NCBI GenBank assembly: GCA_030390025.1
Contig: CM059432.1
Coordinates: forward strand, 4,960,001-5,024,000
Source: Squalus acanthias
Lineage: Eukaryota
Length of the DNA stretch: 64,000 bases
Direction: 5' to 3'
Shown: piece by piece, positions 51,372-64,000 of the stretch
Layout of the letters: each line of letters opens with the position of its first letter
Numbering within the stretch: the first letter of the stretch is position 1
The notes under the pieces: generated by a model
What the model was told of the DNA's origin: nothing
Seen by the model: only the letters and a program-made list of their open reading frames with translations
The model's database searches: none
Program-made: the position numbers and the translations under genes

Positions 51372-52561
51372 CAAAAATGAGAAGTCGCACAACACCAGGT
51401 TATAGTCCAACAGTTTTATTTGAAATTACGAGCTTTCAGAGCGCTGCTCCTTCGTCAGGTAAAGTGAGGGAATACAAATCAGATACAAAGCATATATAGA
51501 CAGAACAATGTGTCTGCAGAGAAACAATCCGTCAGGGAGGCATTACATCAAAGACACAGCAGAATACAGCTAAGACAATGAGGTGGGGTCACAGGGGGTC
51601 CAACGTGTCAAATGCTGCAGTCTGCAGTTAAGCTTTTTACTTTTTTTAAAAACTGGAAATCACACCTGTGAACAAGACAACGACGACTCTAGTCTGGACT
51701 CTAGTCACGTCCTGTAGCGTGACATGAAACCGAGTAAAAAGTACCATCGTTCGCAGCAAATTACCCAGCTGTCAGGAGAACAGCGACCACGACACCACAC
51801 AACCCTGCCACGGCAACCTCTGCAAGACATGCCAGATCATCAACACAGATACCATCATCACACGTGAGGACACTACCCACCAGGTACATGGTACATACTT
51901 GTGTGACTCGGCCAACGTTGTCTACCTCATACGTTGTAGGAAAGAATGCACCACAGCATGGTACATCGGCGAGACCATGCAGACACTGAGACAACGCATG
52001 AACGGACACCGCGCAACAATCGCCAGGCAGGATTGTTACCTCCCAGTCGGGGAACACTTTAGCAGTCAAGGACATTCAGCCTCGGATCTGCGGGTTAGCG
52101 TTCTCCAAGGCGGCCTTCGAGACACACGACAACGCAAAATCATCGAGCAGAAACTGATAGCCAAATTCCGCACCCATGAGGACAGCCTCAACCGGGATCT
52201 CGGTTTCATGTCACGCTACAGGACGTGACTAGAGTCCAGACTAGAGTTGTCGTTGTCTTGTTCACAGATGTGATTTCCAGTTTAAAAAAAAAGTAAAAAG
52301 CTTAACTGCAGACTGCAGCATTTGACACGTTGGACCCCCTGTGACCCCACCTCATTGTTTTAGCTGTACTCTGCTGTGTCTTTGATGTAATGCCTCCCTG
52401 ACGGATTGTATCTCTGCAGACACATTGTTCTCTGTCTATATATGCTTTGTATCTGATTTGTATTCCCTCACTTTACCTGACGAAGGAGCAGCGCTCCGAA
52501 AGCTCGTAATTTCAAATAAAACTGTTGGACTATAACCTGGTGTTGTGCGACTTCTCATTTT
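51372..52561 (+). mobile_element. Duplicated copy of the Penelope-like element at 47844-49067
   Basis: Identical ORF translation at offset +3494. Confidence 0.9.
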
Positions 52562-54866
52562 TGCATAAATCTAGACTGCACCACTACACCACCACCTGGT
52601 GGAATAGAATGGTAACTGTAATTGAACTTGCCACTTCATCTGTAATTGTCACCAATTTACTAGTTGATTTCCTATGCAGTCAAGTCCAAGTGTGGTATTT
52701 AGGTCAAGCATGAGAGACTGCCCTTGACATCAAAGCAGCATAGCAACCTAGGAACCGGAATAGGTCATTCAGCCCCTCGAGCCTATTCAGTGAGATCGTG
52801 ACCGAACTCCATATACCTGCCTATGTCCCATAATTGACTGGCGCTTGACCGAGTTTGGCACCAAGGAGCCCCAGTAAAACTGAATTCAGGCGGAAAACGC
52901 TCCAGTGGCTGGAGTCATACCTGGGATAAAGGAAAGGTGGTTGTTGGAAACCAATCATCTCAAACCCAGGACATCGCTGCAGGAGTTCCTCAGGGCAGCG
53001 TCCTAGGCCCAACTCTCTTCAGCCGCTTCATCAATGACCTTCCCTCCATCAGAAATAGGGATGTTCGTTGATGAGTCCACAGCATTCAGCTCCATTCGCA
53101 ATTCCTCAGATGATGAAGCAGTCCGTGCCCGTGTGCAACAAGAATTGGACAACATCCAGGCTTGGGCTGATAAGTGGCAAGTAACATTCGTGCCAGGCAA
53201 TGACTCCAATAGAGAGAGCATTCCTCCCCTTGACATTGAATGGCATTACCATCGCCGAGTCCCCCACCATCAACATCCTGGGGGTCATGACTGACCAGAA
53301 AATCAACTGGACCAGCTTCAGAGCAGGGCTGAGTATTCTGTGGCGAGTTGCCCACCTCATTTCTTCACCAGCTAGAAGGCACACTTCTCTCACCCCCAAA
53401 AGGCTGTGGATGTTGGGTTAATTGAAATTTTCAAGACTGAGAGCAATAGATTTTTTGTTAGGCTTGGTTAGGCCCTCCAATCAGGTTTCCGCCCCTGCCA
53501 CAGTACCGAAACAGCTCGAATCAAAGTCACAAATAACATCCTATGTGACTGTGACCGTGGAAAACTATCCCTCCTCGTCCTTCTCAACCTGTTTGCAGCC
53601 TTTGACGTGGTTGACCACACCATCCTCCTCCAAATCCTCTCCTCTGTCGTCCAGTTGTCTGAGACTCCACTCTGCTGGTTCCATTCTTATCTATGGTGTC
53701 GTTGCCAGAGAAGCAACGGCTTCTCTTCCTGCTCTTGCATCGTTACCTCTGGTGTCCCCCAAGGATCTATCCTTGGCCCCCTCCGATTTCTCAGCTACAT
53801 GCTCCCCCTTGGCAACATCATCCGAAAACACAATGTCAGGTTCCACATGTACACTGACGACACCCAGCTCTACCTCACTACCACCTCTCTCAAGCCCTCC
53901 ATTGACTCTAAATTGTCAGACAACTTGTCCGACATCCAGTACTGGATGAGCAGAAATTTCCTCCAACTAAATATTGGGAAGACCGAAGCCATTGTCTTTG
54001 GTCCCTGCCACAAACTCTGTACCCTAACCAGATTCCATCCCTCTCCTATCTGAGGCTGAACCAGACTGTTTGCAACTTTGGTGCTGTGCTGTATTTGACC
54101 TCGAGATGAGCTTCCGACCACATATCCGCGCCATCACTAAGACTGCCTATTTCCATCTCCGTAACATCGCCCAGCTCCGCCCCTGCCTCAGCTCATCTGC
54201 TGCTGAAACCCTCATCCATGCCTTTGTTATCTCTAGCCTTGACTATTCCAACTCACTCCTGGCCGGCCTCCCATCTTCCACCCTCCATAAACTTAAAGCT
54301 CATGTAAAACTCGGCTGCCCGTATTCTAACTCGCACCAAGTCCCCTTCTCCCATCACGCCTGTGCTTGCTGACCTACATTGGCCGGTTAAGCAATGCCTC
54401 GATATTAAAATTCTCATCCTTGTTTTCAAATCCCTCCATGGCCTCGCCCCTCCCTATCTCTGTAACCTCCTCCAGCCCTACGACCTTCCGAGATCTCTGC
54501 GCTCCTCGAATTCTGGCCTCTTGAGCATCCCTGATTTTAATCGCCCCACCATTGGCGGCCGTGCCTTCAGCTGCTGAGACCCTAAGCTCTGGAATTCCCT
54601 CCCTAAAACTCTCTTTCCTCCTTTAAGATGCTCCTTAAAATCTTCCTCTTTGACCAAGCTTTAGGTCTCCTGTCCTAATATCGCCTTACGTGGCTCAGTG
54701 TCAAATTTTGTTTGATAATCACTCCTGTGAAGCGCCTTGGGACGTTTTATTACATTAAAAGAGCTACATAAATGCAAGTTGTTGTTGTAAGGGTATTAAT
54801 GAATATGGAGCAAAGGCAGGTAAATGGAGTTGAGGTACAGATCAGCCACAATCTAATTGAATGGCA

Positions 54867-54971
54867 AAAATGAGAAGTCGCACAACACCAGGTTATAGTC
54901 CAACAGTTTTATTTAAAATTACGAGCTTTCGGAACTCCGCTCCTTCTTCAGGTACAGGCATCTCCGCATCA
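54867..54971 (-). mobile_element. Penelope-derived mini-insert
   Basis: TSD TAATTGAATGGCA (54854-54866/54972-54984). pLTR sequence with a hammerhead motif. Confidence 0.85.
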
Positions 54972-56509
54972 TAATTGAATGGCAGAACAGGCTCAAGGGA
55001 CCGAATAGCCTACTCCTGTTCCTAAACCTGCATTCATATAGTACCTTTTACCACCTCAGGTCATCTTCACAGCCAATGAAGTATCTTTGATGTAGACAAA
55101 CATGACAGCCAATTTGTGCAAAGCAAGGTCCCACAAGCAGAAATGTGATAAATACCCAGATAATATTTTTTTAGTGATGTTGTTTGAGAAATAAATGCTG
55201 ACCAGGTCACCAGCAGTATTCCCTACTCCAGTTTGAATAGTACCATGGGATCTTTTGGACTTCCACCTGAGAGGGTTGAAGCATCCTCGATTTTGTCTCA
55301 CCCATTAAACAGCACTCCCTCAGTATAGCACTGAAGTGTCAGACTAGATTAAGTGCTCAAGTCTCTGGAGTGAGACTGGAACCCACAGCCTTCTGACTCA
55401 ATAGGCGAGTGCTACCATGTAAAGAAACTAAATGAAGAAGGTGGGTGGGTGCAAGGGGCGAGTCGTCTAGCAGAAATAAAACGGCAGATTTGGAAAGGTT
55501 GGTGCATAGAATGTGCAGACATCACAGGTACAATGGAACCCTAGTTTGGCGGGGGTCGGGTACAACACGGGAGGCGGTCGTCTTCAAATAGTGTTGTGGG
55601 ATCTTTTACGTCCGTCTAAGAGGGCAGAAGGGGCTTCAATTTTACATCTCATCCAAAAGACGGTCTTTAAATTAAGACGGACCACTGAATGGCCTCTTCC
55701 AGGCTTGAGATTTTCTGTTACTCTTCCAAAGACAAATCCAAACAATAGCATTGAGTCATTTCATACCATGTGCCAGGTGGCTGGCAATTCTCCTGACATT
55801 AACCAGTGAGGTGACCACAATTTGAGTTGAATTGAGTTTTTAAACTGCATTTCATGGTTCACAAGTTTATACAAAGCAAAACTCATCAAGCAACACATTG
55901 CTTAGCAGAGGAGGCTCCCTTAGCACCAAATGTTGTCTAGCTGCATGAAAATCCTTAACCCCAAGGTTTTTTTTTTAATGGGATAGCTGGTTTTTGTGGT
56001 GAAATTTCAGCATTGTAATCTCCTAAATGGAATTCCTAGACTGTAAAATTTCCAGACAAGGAGTTTAAAAAAAAACAATCCCATTCCAAATAAAACACCG
56101 TGCAATAGGTGTTACTCTGTTCAACAGCCATATCTTGCTTTAATTTAAAATATATATAATCCACATTAATATTTATTCTGCAACAGCTATGCAGGGCCAG
56201 GCATGGAACCAGTGGAGACAATACCTCATTAACGTCCATGAAAAGATATGGTGAATTGCAGGGAGGTGATGTGGGATGAATAGACTTGTGTTGTGTATGT
56301 ACTAGAAGATAAAATGCAAGGCCATAAACTGATACCCATAGTTTCTCTGAGTAAACAGATCTTAGTGCGCAGACTCGAAGTGAGAATACATCGGTACATT
56401 GCCATTGTTTTAGGGCACAATTACACACAAAGTTACAGACACTGGGACCTCTTCGAGTCTTGCTGAAGCTAAATTAAGCAGTTACTGATGATACACTTTC
56501 GATCTCCTG

Positions 56510-57352
56510 AACAGAGGAGCAGTAGTCCATTTAGCCCCTCGAGCCTGTTCCGCCATTCAATGAGATCATGGCTGATCTGCGACCTAGCTCCATATACCCG
56601 CCTTTACCCCATACCCCTCAATAACAAAAAATCAATCTCAGATTTAAAATTAATTGATCTAGCATCGACTGCCGTTTGCGGAAGAGTGCGCCAAACTTCT
56701 ACCACCCTTTGCGTGTAGAAGGGTTTCCTAATTTCACAACTGAAAGGTCTGGCTCTAATTTTTAGACTATGCCCCCGAGCCATAGAATCCCCAACCAGCA
56801 GAAATTGTTTCCCTCTATCTCACCTATCAGTTCCCCTTAATGACTTGAAAACTTTGATCAAATCACCACTTAACCTTCTAGATTCCAGGGAATACAACCC
56901 TAGTTTGTGTAATCTCTCCTCGTAATTTAACCCTTGAAGTCCGGGTATCATTCTGCTAAATCTATGCTGCACTCCCTCCAAGGCCAATATATCCTTCTGA
57001 AGTTGTGGTGCCCAGAACTGAACACATTACTCCGGGTGTAGCTGCAGCATAACTTCTACCCCCCTTGTATTCTCATCCTCGAGATATAAAGGCCAGCATC
57101 CCATTCGCCTTTTTGATTATTTTCTGTTCCTGTCCATGACATTTTAATGATCTATGTACCTGAACCTCCCAAGTTTCTTTGGACCTCCACTGTTTCTACC
57201 CTTTCACCATTTGGAAAGTCCCCTGTTCTATCCTTTTCACCATTTGGAAAGTGCCCTGTTCTATCCTTTTCAGGTCCAAAGTGGATGACCTCACACTTGC
57301 CCACATTGAAATCCATCTGCCAATTTTTTGCCCATTCACTTAATCTATTATC
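56510..57352 (-). mobile_element. CR1 3' fragment
   Basis: WAKNWQMDFNVGKCEVIHFG and CR1 3' end. Internal 33-bp tandem duplication at ~57202-57270. Confidence 0.82.
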
Positions 57353-58179
57353 TCTTTGAAGGGAGTCCCTGGTATGCAAGTTATAACACGATAATTGATA
57401 TCTATTATCGGTTTTATTATCTAATTGACTTGATTTAACAGAGTTTCAATGTTTCCTAGGCCTAGTATTAGGGCAATAGGGATATATGACAAAATCCAAT
57501 ACAAACCCAACATTGTGGATCCACTATGGAGCCTGAAACTTGATAAATTTTGGACAGAATTATTCATGTCTTAAATACATCAACTTTAAGGCCACAAGAT
57601 GGGATTGAGTAGTGGACACAAGGCCCAATTTTCCTGGTCCCTTGTGTGAACAGAGATTGTTCTTCTATAGAAAGGAAGAACTTGCATTTCGATAGCGCCT
57701 TTCACCACCTCAGGACGACCTAAAGCACTTCACAGAAAATGAAATACTTTTGAAGTGTACTCACTCTAGTAATGTAGGAAACGTGGCAGCCTATTTGCAC
57801 ACAGCAAGCTCCCACAAACAGCAATGTGATAATGACCACATAATCTGTTTTAGTGACGCTGATTGAGGGATAAACATTGGCCCAGGACACAAGGGAGAAC
57901 TCCCCTGCTCTTCATCAAAATAGAGCCATGGGATCTTCTGTCCACCTAAGGGGGCCTTGGATTAACATCTCATCCATGATTTTTAATCATGACAGATTTT
58001 TTTAAATCTATAAGACAATTAAAAAAAAGTGTTCACTGAATAAACTATGTTTGAGATTTTGAGCAGTAAATAATGCAACGTTGTTGGATTGAGAGTTATA
58101 GTATTGAGAGTTATAGCTGTAAGAGTACAAACCACATTCACGCTGATGTGTGGTAGTCAGAAGCAAACTCGGGAGATAT

Positions 58180-59140
58180 CTGGGTTATGTTTTATTCTAT
58201 TTACAGACATTAGCTATAAATATAATACATCATTTCTTGAAAAGACATTTGTTTTCATTTGAAGTCTGTCGATACATTAAATAACACATTGAATTTGCAA
58301 AGTTCCATCATAATGTAGCTAGCTGGGTCCAACTCTAACACCCCGTGGCTTTGGAAAAAAAAAACCCTTGGAAATTGAATTAAACCAAACCCAAAGACAT
58401 CAAATCAAATAGGTATATGCTTCATTATTCAGCTTTTTCTTTTAAACCTGAGATAGTGAGAAACGCATCAGTGTGTAAAAAGGGCTTAGTTCGAAGACGT
58501 GTAAAGCAATGTTTAATTTTATACCTCAAAGGTTGAACGTAAAAAGATTGCTTTCGAACAGTTAGCAATGAGTGGTTAGCTCGTGCAATTAATGCATATT
58601 CCCCCCGCCCCCCCCACAAACTACACAATTAGTGATCACGGTCTTTCGAGTTAGTAACCAAAAAATTGAGGATGAAAAAAGAAAAAGCCCAAAATTACAG
58701 TTTGGACATCCTCTCCGACAACTGCAGATGTTGGAACAATGTGCCGGAAAAGGGAACAGCAGTTTTAAACTGCATTACTCACACATGGCCCAACCCGCAC
58801 ATCTATACTGGATGCTTGCATTAAAAAAGGTCTAATTATAAGCAGAGATGAATGATAAATATATTCAAAAATCATTTTACATATGCACACCCAAGTCCAG
58901 AGTGCCTTTTATTTTGAAAGACATAAAATAATTTTAGGTCTGGTGTAGTTGTCATTTTCCCTTGCACGCCCCCCCACCCCCATTTGTTCTGTACAATTTT
59001 GTGACATTAGTTCTGAATTTGTTGTCGGTGCAAGGTACAATTGCAGGAAATTTCAACATTAGCTACAAAAGAAAAACGGTCGGTGTTTATGATTCCTTCT
59101 GAGATTCATGGTGATGAGCGGCGTCGCACTGCCTGCTCCG
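58180..59140 (-). other. TRAPPC8: Probable TRAPPC8 3' UTR with candidate poly(A) signals
   Basis: AT-rich, repeat-free stretch after the stop codon. Minus-strand AATAAA at 58908-58913 and 58191-58196. Confidence 0.55.
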
Positions 59141-59375
59141 TCAGATGTTGTTGATGATTATCAGGGCTGGTGTGGAGTTCTGCTGGCTGGTTTCACACTG
59201 CACGTTCTGGTCAGCGAGCCTGGCGAAGACTCTGGGCGTGCCAAGGTTATAGACGCCGGCGTGAACAAAACAAGCCTTCAGTGGAACCGTGTGAACCTCC
59301 TGCCCCTTCAGCTGAATTTTGTACTGGGTCTGTCCGAGCCAGGTGAAAGAACCATGGACCTCCAACATCTCTGGA
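59141..59375 (-). CDS. TRAPPC8: Trafficking protein particle complex subunit 8, terminal coding exon
   Basis: Polypyrimidine acceptor TTTTCTTTTCTTCCAG| followed by (S)PEMLEVHGSFTWLGQTQYKIQLK...GVYNLGTPRVFA...PALIIINNI*. This matches the recalled TRAPPC8 C-terminus. Confidence 0.93.
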
Positions 59376-59519
59376 CTGGAAGAAAAGAAAACAAACATTC
59401 ACAGATCGGCCATGATCTCACTGAGTGGCGGAACAGGTTTGAGGGACTGAACGGCCTCCTCCTGTTCCTATAATCATTAAAACAAAAAGTTTTCTCGTGT
59501 CATTTAGAGCCATCCTAAC

Positions 59520-59910
59520 TAAGAACATAAGAAACAGGAGTCGGCCATTCGGCCTCTCGAGCCTGCTCCACCATTCAATAAGATCATGGCTGATCATCGA
59601 CCTCAACTCCACTTTCCTGCACTATCCCAATATCCCTCGACTCCCTTAATATCCAAAAATCTATCGACCTCTGTCTTGAATATACTACTGAGCCTCCCAC
59701 AGCCCTCTGGGGTTGAGAATTCCAAAGATTCACCACCCTCTGAGTGAAGAAATTTCTCATCTCAGTCCTAAATGGCCGACCCCTTATCCTGAGACTGTGA
59801 CCCCTGGTTCTAGACTCCCCAGCCAGGGGAAAACAACCTCCCTGCATCTACCCTGTCAAGCCCTGTAAGAATTTTATATGTTTTAATGGATCACCTCTCA
59901 TTCTTCTAAA
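59520..59910 (-). mobile_element. CR1 3' fragment in the last TRAPPC8 intron
   Basis: [34 protein letters not shown]. Confidence 0.82.
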
Positions 59911-60079
59911 CTGTAATTAAGACAATAGACATTATGTATTAAGAGTAAAGATTATATTTTGGGTTAAGTGCACAGTCTCCCAGGGCTAAATAAGTTCTGA
60001 GAGATAGATGATATTTATCCCAAGTACTGTATTAAGTCTGAAAAGGAATGAAATAAAGTTAATTCGCGCAGGGAGGACG

Positions 60080-61325
60080 AGGCAGGCCAACGTGGTATCC
60101 GTTTTCAATAAGGTAACACGCAGACCCATTGACCTTGCATCAATGCCAGAGAAGTAATTGAATCAATTGCAGAGTAAACCCAAGGATTACTTGTGTGATA
60201 AACTTGTAAGAAGCAGCCAATATGGATTCAGAGAGTTCGATCCTGTCTGACCAACAGGTTAGGCTTCTTTGAGGAAGTCAAATCCCAAATGGACTTCCCT
60301 ACCTTCCAAAAATATTTGACAAATATCCACGCAAAGACTATTTAAGCTTCTGGGAATTCAGATTCAAAATCAGGAATGAGTAAGAAATTAGCTGAAAGGT
60401 ATAAAGAAAGAAAGACTTGCATTTCTATAGCGCCTTTCACGAACACCGAACGTCCCAAAGCGCTTTATAGCCAATGAAGTACTTTTGAAGTGTAGTCACT
60501 GTTGGGTATTTGTTAGAGGAATTGTGCGGGGTTGTGCCAATCACTCAGTGGGGTGCTCTGGGGAATTGATGTTGGGACCTTAAAAGTTGACACCAACAAC
60601 CTCGACTCAGAAGTTCACAGCAAAATACTCAAATTTTCAGACAATCCCATGTGATGCAGCTTGCGAACTACAAGATAAGTTATGACAAAATATCGGACAA
60701 CGGCAGATGAAATTAATACAGACAAGTGTAAAGTACGGCACCTAGAATAAGCACGGACATCAGTACTGCGTGATGGAGAAATGGATGAAGTTGAGAGAGA
60801 TCTAGGTGGGTGAGGTCAACACGGCACGTACAGCATGCAGTGTACATACTGACATCATATCAACATAAGGATTAGGAGCAGGTGTCGACCTCAACTCCAC
60901 TTTCCCGCCCGATCCCCATATCCCTCGATTCCCTTAATATCCAAAAATCTCTATCTCTGTCTTGAATATACTCAGCGACTGAGCATCCACAGCCCTCTGG
61001 GGTAGAGAATTCCAAAGATTCACAACCCTCTGTAATGCACATACACCCCTGGATACAATGTTCCTTTCTATCTATCTAATACAGATTACATATAATAAAC
61101 TGTATAGAAAAAAAGTAGATTCAGAGCACTACCTCCAACTAACCCACAGAGTACACACAAGGATGAAGGTTCAACTAGTAAAAGGCAAATTTAGGAGAGT
61201 CAGAAAACTCTGCACTCAGTGAGTGATTAACACATCATCTAGCTTCGAGTCACAGGGGAGAATCCCTGGAATAATTTAACAGTTGAAAGCTGTGTGGAGA
61301 CTTGTTTATAATGGGCTGCTGCCCT
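60080..61325 (+). mobile_element. Old, degraded CR1 LINE with younger insertions
   Basis: Decayed QYGF..SCLTN, KFSD and KCKV motifs in CR1 order. Confidence 0.55.
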
Positions 61326-61394
61326 AAGGCGACTAACCGATACAGTACAGGAGAGCACAACACCTGTGCAACTTTTGGCACAATTAGTTACCAT

Positions 61395-61848
61395 GTCAGC
61401 TGTGGCTCAGTGGGTAGCACCCTCGCCTCTGAGTCAGAAGTTTGTGGGTTCAAGTCCCATTCCAGAGACTTGAGCACAAAATGCAGGCTGACACTCCAGT
61501 GCAGTGCTGAGGGAGTGCTGCACTGTCAGAGGTGCCGTCTTTCAGGTGAGATGTTAAATCGAGGCATCGTCTCCTCACAGGTGGACATGAAAGATCCCAC
61601 GGCCACTATTTCAAAGAAGAGCAGGATGTCCTGGCCAATATTTATCCCTCAATCAACATCACAAAAATAGATTATCTGGTCATTATCACATTGCTGTTTG
61701 TGGGAGCTTGCTGTGCGCAAATTGGCTGCCGCGTTTCCTACATTACAACAGTGACTAGACTTCAAAAAAGCACTTCATTGGCTGTAAAGCACTTTGGGAC
61801 GTCCTGAGGTCGTGAAAGGCGCTATAGAAATGCAAGTCTTTTTTCTTT
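61395..61848 (+). mobile_element. DeuSINE (SacSINE1-like), full length, in the last TRAPPC8 intron
   Basis: Homologous to the other copies. Further partial copies lie at ~43320-43545, 46400-46650, 55027-55418, 57673-57975 and 60405-60503. Confidence 0.88.
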
Positions 61849-62307
61849 TACCAAACTCAGTGCTTCAGCGAATTTGTCGTTAGGTCTAATTGTTTATAAT
61901 TTGAGGCTGGCTATTAAATGCACATCAGCAGCGAGCAACGGCTACAATACATGAAGAAATCTTTACTGCAGCTGTTAACACAGACAGGGGACAAGGTTTA
62001 CTTCCCTAAAAGGAAGTTAGTGAACCAGTTGGGTTTTAACGACAATCCAGTGGTTTCATGGTCACTTTTAGTGCCACCAGCTTTCTACTTCCAGATTATT
62101 ACTGTATGTTTTTAATAAAACTGATTTCAAATTGCCAGGGTGGGATTTGAATTCGCATTCCCTGGATTACTAGTCCAGTAACATAACCACTGTAGTAATG
62201 CAATATTTTACTTACGCACCAAGTAAATCTCAAAGTGGAAACAAATATGCATAATGCTATTCTTGGTTAAGTTGATTTGTTAACAGCAGTTTTGGAATCG
62301 ACTTTAC

Positions 62308-62397
62308 CTTGTGGCCTTGTGTCGCAGATCAATGATAATATCCACTTCAATCTGACAGCAGTTGAAAAGAACGAGTGTAACGGGGACTAAACACAAA
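62308..62397 (-). CDS. TRAPPC8: TRAPPC8 penultimate coding exon (90 nt)
   Basis: CACAG| acceptor, (S)LCLVPVTLVLFNCCQIEVDIIIDLRHKAT(S), AG|GTAAAG donor. The phase joins correctly to the exon starting at 59375. Confidence 0.92.
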
Positions 62398-63179
62398 CTG
62401 TGGAACAGACAAAAAGGACATCAAAAAATGTTACAGATCCTTCATGTGCTCAAACATATCTATATTTAACAAACCTTTAACTCAATATGCTACAAGTAAG
62501 AATTGTGTTTATATCGGATTCAGTAATGATGTTTAGAAACAGACAAAGTCTTGCATTAATTCAACTTTGGCAGAAAGACCATGAATTAAACTAGTCAAAA
62601 ATACTTTTCCCCTCCCCCCAATTCTCTGAATGCAGGTGATCATAGAATTTTGCATTAGTCACTCAATGCAGCAGTGACACATGCAATCGAGTGTATAAAG
62701 AACATTAAAAAAAATCCCTCGAGGTACTCTCGGCACAGACACGATGGTCCAAATGGCCTCCTTCTGTGCTGTATCATTCTATGATATCCAACTTTTGAAT
62801 AACCCCAATATTTGTTAGCTCCATTAACTTGCTTTTTAGCTGAAGTTAAGTCCTGTTGCCTCACGAATCCTTTTGCTGTAATTTGACTTCCTGGGTTTCG
62901 CTCATAATTTATATTCTATCGACTACAATGTGTTTCCCCCTTTATCCAGCTTATTACTAGACAGTAAAGTATGTTAATCTGAATTTAAAGCAGTATTTTG
63001 AGCGGAACAGCAAGTGCCAATCATGCTGTTCAAGACTTTTCGTATAATGGAATATAATACAACTAATAATTGGAGAAAAGTAGTTCAGAGGCTCCGTGCA
63101 CAAGAGGAATTAAAAGATCACATCGTTCCACCAAAAATCTCAAACAAAAATGCCCTTAAGATTTAGTTAAAGCTATACA

Positions 63180-64000
63180 AGAACAATTTGTATTTATAGG
63201 GCGCCTTTACTGTAGAGAAACTTCTCAAAGTGTTTCACTGAATCGTAATCAGACAAAAATCTGCTCCTTTGGCTCAGCATTGATATCAGGAAGGCTGACT
63301 GACAGCTTGGTCAGAGACACAGGTTTTAAGGAGGGTCTTAAAAGAGGAGAGGCAGAGAGTTTTAGGAAACAAATTCCGAGATGTCTGAAGGCACAGCCGC
63401 CAATTGGGGGTGTGAGCGAAGGGAGCGGGAGAAGGACAGGAGGCCAGATTTGGAGGAACGCAGAGCTCTCAGGGTTATAGAGCTTGAGGAGGTTAGAGAC
63501 AGGGAGGGGCGAGGGCACGAAGGGATTTAAACATGATTGGAGAGTTGGGGCATGGAAGCCAATAAGCACAAGGGTGAGAACAGGATGAAGGGCCGCAGAT
63601 ATTTGAATAAAGTAACAGCGTGGAGAGAGAGAGAGAGGCCGGCTAAGAGAGTATTGCAATAGTAGAGTCTGGAGATGACAAAGACAGGGATGAGAGTTTC
63701 AGCAGCAGATGGGATGAGGCGGGGATATTATGGAGGATGAAGTAGGCGGGGTTTGTGATGGGAGAGGATATGGGATCAGAAGCTCAGTTCAGCGTCAAAT
63801 AGGACGCCGAGATTGCAAACAGTCTGGTTCAACCAGAGACAGTTGCCGGGGAAAGGGATGGAAGCGGTAGTGAGGGTAGGGAGTTTGTGGCGGGGGCTGA
63901 AAACAGTTTTTTGGTCTTCTGAATGTTTACTGGTGGAAAGTACAGCATTCCCAGGACTGGCTGTTGGACAAGCAGTCTGACAGCACCAAAGCAGTGGAGG
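63180..64000 (-). mobile_element. L2 LINE fragment, runs off the window edge
   Basis: Antisense similarity to 50440-51290. Confidence 0.75.

Larger units (their letters stand above)
47878..54864. repeat. Tandem duplication, 2 x ~3494 bp
   Basis: The ORF set repeats at +3494/+3493. Units are 47878-51371 and 51372-54864, with a few substitutions and small indels. Confidence 0.95.

Noticed and set aside
59108..59473. 121-aa plus-strand ORF
   Set aside because: Antisense shadow of the TRAPPC8 terminal exon.
61395..61465. tRNA gene
   Set aside because: The A/B boxes belong to SINE heads that continue into SINE bodies.

Overview
Repeat-dense vertebrate genomic DNA, most likely from a cartilaginous fish (inferred from SacSINE1/DeuSINE-type SINEs and abundant CR1, L2, RTE and Penelope-like elements). 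Host coding sequence is limited to three minus-strand exons: the first coding exon of B4GALT6 (19643-19751, downstream of a CpG island) and the last two exons of TRAPPC8 (62308-62397, 59141-59375). Nearly all listed ORFs are retroelement fragments or their antisense shadows. The main structures are: (1) a 15.2-kb non-autonomous LTR element (1262-16422) with both LTRs, a 5-bp TSD, a tRNA-Trp PBS, a PPT, a gag-like region and vestigial protease/RT, carrying many nested insertions; (2) about ten minimal hammerhead-ribozyme motifs from two Penelope-like families, with compensatory base changes visible between copies and several in tiny palindromic non-autonomous inserts; (3) a 3.5-kb tandem duplication with breakpoints inside two Penelope repeats; (4) a CRE-motif minisatellite in the B4GALT6 promoter. 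Repeat boundaries without a TSD are approximate. Gene and family names come from recalled sequence similarity, not from searches.
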